Source: Bacilli bacterium (GTDB lineage: Bacteria > Bacillota_I > Bacilli_A > RF39 > UBA660). From it: a DNA stretch of 64,000 nucleotides. A program made the position numbers and the translations under genes. Positions 1 to 9,399 of the stretch are shown here, one piece after another. The notes beneath the pieces are model-generated. The model searched no databases and was not told the origin of the DNA. It saw only the letters and a program-made list of their open reading frames with translations. The DNA is taken from positions 1,715 through 65,714 of the forward strand of contig JAFSEY010000009.1 of NCBI GenBank assembly GCA_017435485.1, read 5' to 3'. The first letter of the stretch is position 1, and each line of letters starts with the position of its first letter.

Positions 1-450
1 AATAGCTCCATCGCTTGTATTTAAAACATACATTACTGAATCAGGTGAACTATGTGATACTGAAATCGGAAACACAGAATTTTTACCAAAATTAATTTTT
101 TTATGTGGTTTTATTTCAATAATGTTTTTCTCATTTACCCCATCTTCCATTAAAACATATTTCGTAAATTTAGTAGCATAAATTGGTAAATTAGGAATGT
201 TATCTAATAAATCTGAAACACTTCCCATATTTTCATAATGTCCATGAGTTAAAAATACTCCTTTTATTCTTTTTTGATTTTTCACTAAATAATCAAAATC
301 AGGTATTATATAATCAATTCCTAACATATTTCCACTAGCATATTTTAATCCACAGTCAAAAATAAACAAATCGTTATCAACATCAACTATGTAAGTATTC
401 TTACCATTTTCATCTAATCCACCCAAACTAAAAATTTTTATCTTACTCAT
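1..450 (-). CDS. rnj: Ribonuclease J (beta-CASP metallo-beta-lactamase), N-terminal part; the gene continues beyond the window start
   Basis: The minus-strand translation from the ATG at 448-450 reads MSKIKIFSLGGLDENGKNTYIV...GVFLTHGHYENMG, which is an RNase J N-terminus with an HxHxDH-like motif. It falls below the ORF-track length cut because it is partial. Confidence 0.8.
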   Translation of the reverse strand, partial: MSKIKIFSLGGLDENGKNTYIVDVDNDLFIFDCGLKYASGNMLGIDYIIPDFDYLVKNQKRIKGVFLTHGHYENMGSVSDLLDNIPNLPIYATKFTKYVLMEDGVNEKNIIEIKPHKKINFGKNSVFPISVSHSSPDSVMYVLNTSDGAI

Positions 451-554
451 TATAAATCCTCTTTTCTAAAAATAAAAAGTTTCTTTGTTAGACACATTAT
501 AACAAAGAAACTTAAAATTTGCAAATACTCGTATTCAAAATATTAGTTAAAGAG

Positions 555-3104
555 TTATTCTGTTCTTAAAGCAACTACCGGATCTTTTTTACTGGCTATT
601 TTGGCCGGAATAAATCCTGCTATAACTGTTAATAAAATACTGATAACAATTAAGATTACAGCCCCCGTTAATGGTAATACAGAAATGTTACTTATGTTAA
701 CAACTTTTTTTATAATTATATTAATAGGAATATTTAATAAAACTGTTACAATTATTCCAAATAATCCTGCAGCAAATCCTTCAATTAAAGTTTCCGCATT
801 AAATACTCTTGAAATATCTTTTTTACTAGCTCCCATTGCCCTTAAAATTCCTATTTCTTTGGTTCTTTCAATAACAGAAATATAGGTAATTATAGCAATC
901 ATTATTGATGATACCACCAAACTTATTGCAACAAAAGCGATCAAAACGCTACTTATAACATTAACAATAGTTGATACTGAACTCATCATTATTCCTACTA
1001 TATCTGTATAGGTTATTTTTTCATTTTCTTCTTTACCTTTATTATAATCTTCTATAATCTTTGTAATTTCTTCTTTCGAATCAAAATCCTTTGGATACAA
1101 TGATATTGAATCCGGATCTTCTAAATCAATAATTCCTAATTTAGATAAATTTTGTTCATAAGTAGCTTTAGCGTTGTCGGAATAATTTTTCATGTATTCA
1201 GCTAATTCTATTTCACTTAGACTTTGTAATTGTTGTAATTCTTGAGGTGTTAAATCATTAATATTAAATCCTTTATCTTGCCCAAATTCTTTTCCCGTAA
1301 AAATATTAATATTTTCTTTTTCTAGTTGTTCTTTTGCAATAGCTGTTTTATTAATTTCATTGATTAAATATTCTGTCAAATCACTACGATATCCGACCAT
1401 CCCCCCAAAACCACTAGCACTAACTGCTTCTTCATTTGGTTTGATAATACCAACTATTTTAATTTCTGGTGCATTTTTAATTATTTTTTTTATATAGTCT
1501 TCATCATTTGACATATCTAACCATAATCCATTTTTCTTTTGATAATAATCAGTATTAAGAACTAGTTTAAATGTTAATCCTAATAGATCATCAGTTTCAT
1601 AAGAAGTACTTTCAAATGTTACTTCTTTTCCTGACGTCATATTATTAAATTGCTCTTTTAAATAATCTTGGCTTAAAATCCCTAGACTATATAAAGCATA
1701 ATCTGCTATTTGATTGTTTTTATCAATTTGCAATACTAATTCGTTATATTTTTCTGGCCATTTTCCTGCTACTAAATCATATTGTTGCTCATTTAATTCT
1801 TGATTATCTAACATTTCATAAAAAACATCATAATTAGATAGATAGCCGCTATAAGCATTAGATATTCCTGCCGTACTCATACCTATAGAATCAAAAATAG
1901 TAGTTGGATTAACTTTTACTATCTCTTCATCTTCTTTATAAAGATTCATTGTAATATTATAGCCATATTTGATATTAGAAACATAATCTTCAATATTTGA
2001 TTTATCACTTTCTAAATATTCTTTAAATGCCTTAATATCATTTTTTTCGACTTCTTGGGACATTGAGCTAAACATATCACCCATGATGTTGACAGCGTGG
2101 ATTTTACCATCTTTTTCATCACCATTCTTATTTTCTTTAGTTAATGTTTCAATCATCGCACTCATATCAACTGTTTCTTTTTGTATAGTAAGTGGATAAG
2201 AACTTAATGTTTCTTCTTCTGTTTTAGTTATATAATTTTGAATACCATTTGATAAAGATAGAATTAAAGCAATGCCAATAATTCCAATTGAACCAGCAAA
2301 TGCTGTTAGAATAGTTCTGCCTTTTTTAGTCATTAAATTATTTAAACTAAGTGATAAAGCGGTCCTAAAGTTCATTGATGTTTTCTTAGATTTTTCTGTA
2401 GAATCATTTGTTTTTTCTTCTTTACCATCAAATGGATCAGTATCGTTAGTAACTTTTCCGTCTAATAAATTGATAATTCTTGTTGAATATTTTTGGGCCA
2501 ATTCAGGATTATGAGTTACCATGATTACTAATTTATCTTTGGCAATTTCTTTTAATAAATCTAAAACTTGAATACTTGTTTCGGAATCAAGGGCTCCCGT
2601 AGGTTCATCAGCAAGTAATATTTCTGGATCATTAACTAACGCTCTAGCAATTGCTATTCTTTGCATCTGTCCACCAGACATTTGATTTGGTTTTTTATTG
2701 ATTTGTTTTTCTAAACCTACTCTTTTTAAAACATCTATACTTCTTTTTCTTCTTTCTGTTTTACTAATACCTGATAAGGTTAAAGCTAGCTCAACATTTT
2801 GTAGTGCTGTTTGATGTGGTATTAAATTATAACTTTGAAAAACAAAACCTACGCGATGATTACGATAAGTATCCCAAGCACGATCATTATATTCCTTAGT
2901 AGATATACCATTAATCAACAAATCACCTGATGTGTATTTATCTAATCCGCCAATAATATTGAGCATAGTTGTTTTTCCGCTACCACTTTGTCCTAGAATA
3001 GAAACAAATTCATTTTTTCTAAACTTAACATTTACTTTATTTAATGCTTTTTGTTTTAATCCAGCTACTTCATATACTTTAGTTATATTTTTTAATTCTA
3101 GCAT
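555..3104 (-). CDS. Fused ABC transporter ATP-binding protein and FtsX-family permease (MacB-like)
   Basis: It has a Walker A motif (GQSGSGKTT), an ABC signature (LSGGQMQRIAIARAL) and a Walker B motif (ILLADEPTGALD). A C-terminal FtsX-like permease with a large extracytoplasmic loop and a C-terminal transmembrane bundle follows. Confidence 0.8.
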   Translation of the reverse strand: MLELKNITKVYEVAGLKQKALNKVNVKFRKNEFVSILGQSGSGKTTMLNIIGGLDKYTSGDLLINGISTKEYNDRAWDTYRNHRVGFVFQSYNLIPHQTALQNVELALTLSGISKTERRKRSIDVLKRVGLEKQINKKPNQMSGGQMQRIAIARALVNDPEILLADEPTGALDSETSIQVLDLLKEIAKDKLVIMVTHNPELAQKYSTRIINLLDGKVTNDTDPFDGKEEKTNDSTEKSKKTSMNFRTALSLSLNNLMTKKGRTILTAFAGSIGIIGIALILSLSNGIQNYITKTEEETLSSYPLTIQKETVDMSAMIETLTKENKNGDEKDGKIHAVNIMGDMFSSMSQEVEKNDIKAFKEYLESDKSNIEDYVSNIKYGYNITMNLYKEDEEIVKVNPTTIFDSIGMSTAGISNAYSGYLSNYDVFYEMLDNQELNEQQYDLVAGKWPEKYNELVLQIDKNNQIADYALYSLGILSQDYLKEQFNNMTSGKEVTFESTSYETDDLLGLTFKLVLNTDYYQKKNGLWLDMSNDEDYIKKIIKNAPEIKIVGIIKPNEEAVSASGFGGMVGYRSDLTEYLINEINKTAIAKEQLEKENINIFTGKEFGQDKGFNINDLTPQELQQLQSLSEIELAEYMKNYSDNAKATYEQNLSKLGIIDLEDPDSISLYPKDFDSKEEITKIIEDYNKGKEENEKITYTDIVGIMMSSVSTIVNVISSVLIAFVAISLVVSSIMIAIITYISVIERTKEIGILRAMGASKKDISRVFNAETLIEGFAAGLFGIIVTVLLNIPINIIIKKVVNISNISVLPLTGAVILIVISILLTVIAGFIPAKIASKKDPVVALRTE

Positions 3105-3252
3105 TTCTTAAGCTCCTTTTTCTTCTAATATTTCTTTTATATGTTTTGAAATTCTTAAATATTCGCTTATTTCATTATATGACAAAAATTTTATAATTAA
3201 ATTTATTTTTCTTTATTTATTCAAAATACATATCCATTATACTACATTCGTC

Positions 3253-3277
3253 TACTATCTAACACTATTAGATAGTA
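3253..3277. promoter_or_regulatory. Perfect 10-bp inverted repeat (tactatctaa-cacta-ttagatagta) in the promoter region of the ABC transporter gene; candidate operator
   Basis: The palindrome was read directly from the sequence and lies about 150 bp upstream of the ABC start codon at 3104. Confidence 0.3.
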
Positions 3278-3311
3278 CCATTTTATATAGAAAAAAGCAA
3301 TGTTTTACCCT

Positions 3312-3512
3312 TTAAATGTCAATATGTAAATTTATATCTTCTTCAGTTGCTTTTTTATCCTTCTTTGAAATTATAGTTTGAAGAATCTCATTCAGCACTT
3401 CTTTTGAATTTTTTGTATTAATATTCATTTCTGCTATTCCATAATGATTTCCATCTTTATCATATAAAAATATACTTCTGGTTTTTATTCTATTATATTT
3501 AAAAATTAACAT
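3312..3512 (-). CDS. Hypothetical small protein
   Basis: This is a 66-aa ORF overlapping the downstream gene start by 14 nt. No motif was recognised. Confidence 0.25.
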   Translation of the reverse strand: MLIFKYNRIKTRSIFLYDKDGNHYGIAEMNINTKNSKEVLNEILQTIISKKDKKATEEDINLHIDI

Positions 3513-4221
3513 TTTTAAATTTTAATAAAAAGTTTTTATCTGCTTCACTTACTCGATAACTATCCCGACATTTACTAATAGCTTTATTAATAATAAATTT
3601 ATTTAGATGATGATTTTCTAAATAATCATAAGTTTTTTGGCGATGTTTAATTGCACATTCACATAAAAGCCAGGCGGCTGCCATATTAACATAATATTCT
3701 TTTTCTTCATATAATGAATTAAGCAATTTAAATATTTCATCTAAATAATTATCTTTATCTAATAAAGAAAATAAAATTATAATACCAATTCTTCTTTGAA
3801 AACATAGTTTTCTTTTCAAATATGATTTAGCTAAATCTAAATATTTATCTTCACACTTTTTTATTTTAAATTTTAAAACATCACAACTTGCCCAATTATC
3901 AACAATTTTACTATAAGATTCTAAATATTTCATTTGCATATTATAATCTTTTATTTCGTTAATTATGTATGCATAGATTATGGTATTTTCATGATAAGTA
4001 AATTTGGTAATTTCTAAAAATGATAGATAATTACCCTTTAATATTTCTTTAGCTATTTTCTTTAAATCTTTAGAAGGAATTGCTAGAACAGGAAGATTAG
4101 TATTTACAATATTTCTTGTCCATTCAATCTTTTTCTCATCTTTATTTTTTAAAGATAAGAAATATTCTTGAAATAGATTAATATCTGTATTTTGCCAATT
4201 GTCTATTATTAGATTCATCAT
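3499..4221 (-). CDS. DNA alkylation repair protein, AlkD-like HEAT-repeat glycosylase family
   Basis: The N-terminal LPVLAIPSKDLKKIAKE resembles the LGIRTPVLRKIAKE region of the AlkD family, and size and composition are consistent with the family. Confidence 0.5.
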   Translation of the reverse strand: MMNLIIDNWQNTDINLFQEYFLSLKNKDEKKIEWTRNIVNTNLPVLAIPSKDLKKIAKEILKGNYLSFLEITKFTYHENTIIYAYIINEIKDYNMQMKYLESYSKIVDNWASCDVLKFKIKKCEDKYLDLAKSYLKRKLCFQRRIGIIILFSLLDKDNYLDEIFKLLNSLYEEKEYYVNMAAAWLLCECAIKHRQKTYDYLENHHLNKFIINKAISKCRDSYRVSEADKNFLLKFKNVNF

Positions 4222-4223
4222 TC

Positions 4224-5513
4224 TTACTCAATAACTTCATAAATTAAAGTTGGTTCATAAACTTTATCTTTAGAGTATTCCACTCCTTCTAAAAATACTT
4301 TTTCAGCTTCCTTTAAAAGTTCATCATCATTATAGTAAAAATATGCTAGCTCATCACCCTTTTTTACATAATCATTTATTTTTTTTAAAAGAATAATTCC
4401 AGCTTCATAATCTATTTTATCTTCTTTAGTTTGTCTTCCTGCTTTTAACATCATGCTTGATCTACCAATATTTTCAGCTACCAATTTAGTAATATAACCT
4501 TCCTTTGTTGCTTTGATGATTAAGACTTTAGACTTATTTTCTCTAAAAATACTATTATATTTTCCATTTTGAGATTCTATAAGTTCTTTAAATTTTTCTA
4601 GTGCCCTACCATTATCAAGCGTTTCATTGACTAGATATTCACATTCTTCTATCGATTTACCAAGTGCCATATTAAGAAGATTGCTTGCTAACATCACCGT
4701 TACTTTTTTTAAATCTTCTGGACCATTATTATTTAAAACTTGGACTACTTCTTGTACTTCTAACAAGTTTCCAACGTTTCGTCCTAATGGGATATCCATA
4801 TTAGTTAAAATTGCTCTAACTTTTTTATTAAAGTGTTTACCTATTTTTACCATTGTTTTAGCAAGCTTTCTGGCACTTTCAATGTCCTTCATAAAAGCTC
4901 CTGAACCAACTTTAACATCTAAAACTAAACAATCTGCTCCTGATGCTAGCTTTTTACTCATAATACTTGATGCAATCAAAGGAATGCTTTCAACCGTAGC
5001 TGTTACATCTCTTAAAGCATAAATTTTTTTGTCAGCTGGTGCTAGATTTCCAATTGAATAAGCTAACGCAATATTTTTTTCTTTTACTTGTTTAATAAAT
5101 TCTTCAATAGTTAACTTTATTTCATAACCTTCAATGGATTCTAATTTATCAGCTGTCCCACCGGTTATTCCTAATCCTCTTCCGCTCATCTTGGCTACCT
5201 TACATCCCAAGCTTGCCAAGATAGGTCCTAAAATCAAAGTTGTTTTATCGCCTATTCCACCAGTACTATGTTTATCGACAACTACACCTTCTACTCCAGA
5301 AAGATCTAAAACATCTCCTGAATTTAACATAACTTCAGTTAAATGATATGTTTCTTCATCAGTCATTCCATTTAATACTATAGCCATTAATAATGCTGAC
5401 ATTTGATAATCAGGAATTTCATCATTAGTAAAACTTTCTACTGCAAATTTTATTTCATCTTTTGTTAATTCTTCTTTATTTTTCTTTTTTTCAATAATAT
5501 CAACAAAGCGCAT
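4224..5513 (-). CDS. pdp: Pyrimidine-nucleoside (thymidine) phosphorylase
   Basis: The motifs DKHSTGGIGDKTTLILGPILAS and GRGLGITGGTADKLESI are typical of glycosyl transferase family 3 phosphorylases. Confidence 0.9.
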   Translation of the reverse strand: MRFVDIIEKKKNKEELTKDEIKFAVESFTNDEIPDYQMSALLMAIVLNGMTDEETYHLTEVMLNSGDVLDLSGVEGVVVDKHSTGGIGDKTTLILGPILASLGCKVAKMSGRGLGITGGTADKLESIEGYEIKLTIEEFIKQVKEKNIALAYSIGNLAPADKKIYALRDVTATVESIPLIASSIMSKKLASGADCLVLDVKVGSGAFMKDIESARKLAKTMVKIGKHFNKKVRAILTNMDIPLGRNVGNLLEVQEVVQVLNNNGPEDLKKVTVMLASNLLNMALGKSIEECEYLVNETLDNGRALEKFKELIESQNGKYNSIFRENKSKVLIIKATKEGYITKLVAENIGRSSMMLKAGRQTKEDKIDYEAGIILLKKINDYVKKGDELAYFYYNDDELLKEAEKVFLEGVEYSKDKVYEPTLIYEVIE

Positions 5514-5601
5514 TTATATCACTCCCTATTATATATTTATCTTAACACGAAGATACCTTAATGTAAATTAAGAGGATTTTACTTTACAAAAAAATCAACT
5601 A

Positions 5602-6684
5602 CTAGTCAGCAATTGATTCTTCATTAGATGTTAACCTCTTAACTTCTACTTTATTAATTGAGTCAAATCTTTTAGTGATTTTTTCACTAGTTGTGTTTAA
5701 TTCTTTGACACTTTTACTAACAGTATCAATATTTCGTGATAATTTATCCCAACGTTCACGGTATCGATCAAACTCAAAACTTAACTTGTTTAATTCTTCA
5801 TGAATTATTTTAGCATACTTATCTCTTTCCATATTTTTTAGGATCATACTTATTATTGATAGCGTACTCATTAAAGTTGTTGGACTGGTTATCCATATTT
5901 TTTTATTATAAGCTTCTTTTAATAAATCAGGATGATAAGCATTTACTTCAGCAAATATAGCTTCAGCTGGTAAAAATAAGATGGCTTCATTAGATGTTTC
6001 GCCAGGAATTATATACTTACTGCTTATAGCTTCAATATGTTTTTTAAAATCGGATTTAAACAATTTTTCAGCAATAGATCTTTCTTCTTTAGATAACGTT
6101 TTATCCGTCATTCTTTGGTAGTTTTCTAAAGGAAATTTTGAATCTATGGCAATTGTTCCTAATGGCGCCGGAGCATAAAGCATCGCATCAGCAATATAAC
6201 CATTAGATAGTTTTTGTTGTAATTTATATATTCCAGTTTCTGGGGTTCCAAAAACATTATTTAAAATATATGATAAGTTTACTTCACCAAATATACCTCT
6301 TGTTTTTTTATCGGTTAAAACGCTTTGTAAAGAGATAATTTCAGCACCTATTCCATCGATTTTCTTTTGAGCTTCATCAATTTTAGATAATCTTTCTAAA
6401 ACATTGGTAAATGTTTTGTTAGTTTTCTCAAAGTTTTGATCTAATCGTTCGTTAACTTTTTCATTAATTAAAATTAAGCGACGTTCTACTTTTTCGTTTA
6501 ATGATTCAAAATCTTTTCGTAGATCATTACTAAAATTTAATTTGAACTCGCCTATTTCTTTGGTAATGTTAGTTTCAAATCTACCTAATCTTTCCGTCAT
6601 TTCATTATTACCATTATTTTTAAGAAGTAATATGATTAATAAAATGACAATAAGGCCTAAAATTCCTAATATAATGTACTCCAT
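5602..6684 (-). CDS. rmuC: DNA recombination protein RmuC
   Basis: It has an N-terminal transmembrane segment, a long coiled coil, and the RmuC core motif LFLPAEAIFAEV...ITSPTTLMSTL. Confidence 0.7.
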   Translation of the reverse strand: MEYIILGILGLIVILLIILLLKNNGNNEMTERLGRFETNITKEIGEFKLNFSNDLRKDFESLNEKVERRLILINEKVNERLDQNFEKTNKTFTNVLERLSKIDEAQKKIDGIGAEIISLQSVLTDKKTRGIFGEVNLSYILNNVFGTPETGIYKLQQKLSNGYIADAMLYAPAPLGTIAIDSKFPLENYQRMTDKTLSKEERSIAEKLFKSDFKKHIEAISSKYIIPGETSNEAILFLPAEAIFAEVNAYHPDLLKEAYNKKIWITSPTTLMSTLSIISMILKNMERDKYAKIIHEELNKLSFEFDRYRERWDKLSRNIDTVSKSVKELNTTSEKITKRFDSINKVEVKRLTSNEESIAD

Positions 6685-6694
6685 AATTTCACCT

Positions 6695-7276
6695 CTAATT
6701 TTTAACTTTTTTACTAATTAATCTACTTAATATGTAAGCAATTATAATAATTATCAAAACTTTGATTAAAGAACTAGGATTGGTTAAAGATTCTAATAAT
6801 CCTGTACCAACAAATCCCCAAAAGTAAACAAAAAAAGCTTTACCTATAAATAATGCTGTTACATATTTTTTTAACTTCATTTTAGATAACCCCGCTGCTA
6901 TATTAATAGCAAATGCTGGAACAAATGGAACTGTTAGTAATAAAACTAAATGTTCAAATTTTAGTTTATCTATTACATTCATAATTTTATCAACTGCCGA
7001 TTTATTACGCAAGCGTTTTTCGAACCAAGTTTGAACGCCATCTCGAAAAATCATAAATGAAATAAAACATCCTAAAACTGTGCATAGCCATGATATTAAA
7101 AAACCAACAATATTACCAAAAGCTAAAAAATTTAAAGTGATAAAAACAAAGATGGGTAAAACCGGTAAAATTGATTCTACCACAATTAAAAGGCATCCTA
7201 ACAAAGGACCCCAAACACCTAAATTTTCAATAAAAATATTTATATAATCACTAATTGTATTAAATAATTCACTCAT
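6695..7276 (-). CDS. DedA/TVP38/TMEM64 family membrane protein
   Basis: It is a multi-transmembrane protein carrying the VPFVPAFAINIAAG...LFIGKA motif. Confidence 0.7.
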   Translation of the reverse strand: MSELFNTISDYINIFIENLGVWGPLLGCLLIVVESILPVLPIFVFITLNFLAFGNIVGFLISWLCTVLGCFISFMIFRDGVQTWFEKRLRNKSAVDKIMNVIDKLKFEHLVLLLTVPFVPAFAINIAAGLSKMKLKKYVTALFIGKAFFVYFWGFVGTGLLESLTNPSSLIKVLIIIIIAYILSRLISKKVKN

Positions 7277-7326
7277 TTTAAATCACATTATTATTATAAT
7301 ACAAAATAAAAATAATTTATACTATT

Positions 7327-7584
7327 TTAGTCACAATAGACTTGAGTTACATCATATCCGTAAAATTCTAAAATACTAACAGCTTTTTTACTTTTATGCC
7401 CTTTTTTACAAATAATAAAATACTTTTCGCCTTTTTTTAATAATGCTCGATGGTTCATTAATAATTTATCATAATAAACATTAGTGCTATGTGGATGATG
7501 TGATTCTTTATATGATAGCGGATCTTGAACATCAATTAACTTTCCCATACTTGGGTTATAATCTTTTACATGTATTCTTTTCAT
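7327..7584 (-). CDS. Single-domain rhodanese-like sulfurtransferase
   Basis: An active-site Cys loop (ICKKGHKSKKA) is followed by ILEFYGYDV. Confidence 0.65.
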   Translation of the reverse strand: MKRIHVKDYNPSMGKLIDVQDPLSYKESHHPHSTNVYYDKLLMNHRALLKKGEKYFIICKKGHKSKKAVSILEFYGYDVTQVYCD

Positions 7585-7704
7585 ATTTATCTCCCATATA
7601 TTTTATGGAATGAAAACATTTTAGCTTATTACAAATGTCTTTATTTTTTTAGAAATTTTTTTGTGTATCTCTTGCTTGTTTTTTTATTCAAGTATAGATT
7701 TACA

Positions 7705-8533
7705 ATGTTATACCATTTCATATTCTTTAGCTAATATTCTATCATCAGAACAATATTCCATAATATATTTATCATTTTTCTTAACAATTATTATCCCTAT
7801 TGTTTTATCATCTTCATTTGTTTTAATATTTTTGTCAATGTAATTCATATAAGTTTGGATCTGACCAATATGCTCTTTTTTCAGTTCAGTTATTTTTAAT
7901 TCTATTACTACATAACACCTGAATTTAATGTTATATAAAAGTAAATCTATATAATTATATTTATCTCCTAATTTAATTTTGTACTAATTTTCTATAAATG
8001 TAATCCATTACCCAATTCTTTCAAAAATGATGGAATATCTTCTAAAATTAATTTTTGTAATATCTTTTCGGATATACATTATCTATTAACTTATTTCTAG
8101 TTTCTTTTGGTAATCTTTCGTATTCGTTAGATTTTATTGCATCTTGTAATTGCCTTTTGGAAAGATTTCTAACTGATACTTGCTTGATATAGTAATTTAT
8201 TTTATTAACATCTTTGATTGGCAATAAAATTAAACAATGACTCCAACTTAATTGTTGCACCAGTGGTGCGACTTTTTCGCTGCTAAACATATTGTAAAAC
8301 TGTTTCATTCTAAATAATGTACTACGATTGTATTTTTTACCTACTTCAATCATTAATTTTTTAGAATATTCATTAATAATATTATCCCCATATGTTCCAC
8401 CAGCTTCATTAAGTAATTTACCTATTTCAAAATATGTAATAACTCTATGTCTTTCTTTTGAATAATCTTTTACTTTTGAATATATTTCATTATCAATTAA
8501 TTTATTTTTTATTTCATTATAATAATTCATCAT
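7705..8533 (-). pseudogene. Decayed YhcG-like (DUF1016 / PDDEXK nuclease) gene; the N-terminal domain is intact as a 161-aa ORF and the C-terminal nuclease domain is broken by stops and frameshifts
   Basis: ORF 8048..8533 ends with LSWSHCLILLPIKDVNKINYYIKQVSVRNLSKRQLQ, which is the N-terminal domain of YhcG. Downstream on the minus strand another frame encodes DLLLYNIKFRCYVVIELKITELKKEHIGQIQTYMNYIDKNIKTNEDDKTIGIIIVKK (PDDEXK D...ELK core), separated from the N-terminal part by stop codons. Confidence 0.45.
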
Positions 8534-8653
8534 CGACTTATCCCCCTCAAAAATTTATAGTAAGAAAAAGAAAAACTTGTTATTAAAAAGTTTTTCTTGT
8601 ACTACTAAGTTTTTTTACGCGCTACCCATAAGAGAATGTTAACTTCTTGTCTT

Positions 8654-9127
8654 CTATGTTTTTAATTTTAATTCTTCAAGTTTACGCATTATTTTATCTA
8701 TATCAGTATAAAATACATTTATGTTTTTTTCTTTAAGCTTTAATAACTTTTTAAAATCTCTAGTTATTTCATTTTTTAGTTTATCAATAACTTTTGCTGG
8801 TATTTCGTTAACTTTATGAACATGATCAATATATTCTTCTAAAGTTGGAAAAGCATTCTGCAATAATATAGCATGATCCACACCCATTATTTCTCTTATT
8901 AAGATTGTATTACAAAAGCCATATCTGGTTATTTTTTTATCAATTATTTTTTGATATTTATCAACTTTAGAACTAAGGGGAATAAACCATAATATCCCAT
9001 TATCCCTTATGGTAAAATAAGTTGGTCTTTGTTTACCTCTCTCATGATTTTGCATCAATGTTTTGTCATCAACAATATAAAAAAATTCATCTTTTATATG
9101 GTATAAATAGCCTGGTTGAATTTTCAT
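8654..9127 (-). CDS. ToxN/AbiQ-like endoribonuclease toxin candidate (type III toxin-antitoxin)
   Basis: The 157-aa protein has GILWFIPLSSKVDKY, which resembles the GHKYLAPLTSPKK core of ToxN/AbiQ. It sits immediately downstream of a tandem repeat array plus terminator on the same strand, which is the canonical toxIN architecture. Confidence 0.5.
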   Translation of the reverse strand: MKIQPGYLYHIKDEFFYIVDDKTLMQNHERGKQRPTYFTIRDNGILWFIPLSSKVDKYQKIIDKKITRYGFCNTILIREIMGVDHAILLQNAFPTLEEYIDHVHKVNEIPAKVIDKLKNEITRDFKKLLKLKEKNINVFYTDIDKIMRKLEELKLKT

Positions 9128-9149
9128 TTTGCCCCCTATAATTAATTTT

Positions 9150-9190
9150 ATAAATAAGAAAAAGAAAACTATTTATAAAGAGTTTTCTTA
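9150..9190 (-). terminator. Rho-independent terminator between the repeat array and the toxin ORF
   Basis: The stem 9164-9170/9181-9187 (gaaaact/agttttc) is followed on the minus strand by a U-rich tract. Confidence 0.5.
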
Positions 9191-9197
9191 TTTACTA

Positions 9198-9295
9198 CCG
9201 GGATAACTTATTACTCGCACCACCCGAGAGCGAGAAACATTGACAATCGGGATAACTTATTACTCGCACCACCCGAGAGCGAGAAACATTTCCTA
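9198..9295 (-). ncRNA. Tandem direct repeat of two 49-nt units; candidate ToxI-like antitoxin RNA
   Basis: Unit 1 at 9198-9240 and unit 2 at 9247-9289 are 43/43 identical (cgggataacttattactcgcaccacccgagagcgagaaacatt). The array is locally GC-rich, contains an internal ctcgc...gcgag stem, and lies upstream of the toxin ORF on the same strand. Confidence 0.45.
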
Positions 9296-9364
9296 TATTA
9301 GGATATGCAATCGCAGAATATTATTCCTCAATTACATTTATAAAATATCATATAATTTACATAA

Positions 9365-9399
9365 AGTAAAGAAAAAACAAATGATTTTATTCATTTGTT
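9365..9399 (-). terminator. Rho-independent terminator of the coupling-protein gene
   Basis: A 9-bp stem (aacaaatga/tcatttgtt) with a 6-nt loop lies directly after the stop codon and is followed by a U-run on the minus strand. Confidence 0.55.

Noticed and set aside
601-885. Plus-strand ORFs lying entirely inside large minus-strand genes (601..885, 2272..2514, 4627..5022, 5134..5346, 9476..9934, 12049..12237, 12322..12633, 13526..14080, 14146..14349, 15739..15957, 16195..16413, 18030..18281, 18337..18615, 19300..19485, 24634..24996, 25495..25758, 28890..29123, 30721..30936, 31637..31831, 33090..33311, 37886..38086, 38435..38833, 40380..40574, 41638..41967, 42377..42625, 49848..50084, 54173..54370, 54625..54840, 58144..58350, 59388..59585, 61806..62024, 62756..62962)
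   Set aside because: These are antisense shadow ORFs with low-complexity, Ser/Leu/Ile/Phe-rich translations typical of the reverse strand of AT-rich coding DNA. They have no RBS, and the opposite-strand genes have clear homology.
7661-7843. The 60-aa plus-strand ORF in the rhodanese/YhcG intergenic region
   Set aside because: It lies antisense to the decayed YhcG C-terminal coding remnant. Its hydrophobic low-complexity translation lacks an RBS.
9198-9295. Possible CRISPR array
   Set aside because: There are only two repeat units, separated by a 6-nt gap with no unique spacers of CRISPR length, and no cas genes are present. The tandem array, terminator and ToxN-like ORF fit a type III toxin-antitoxin layout instead.
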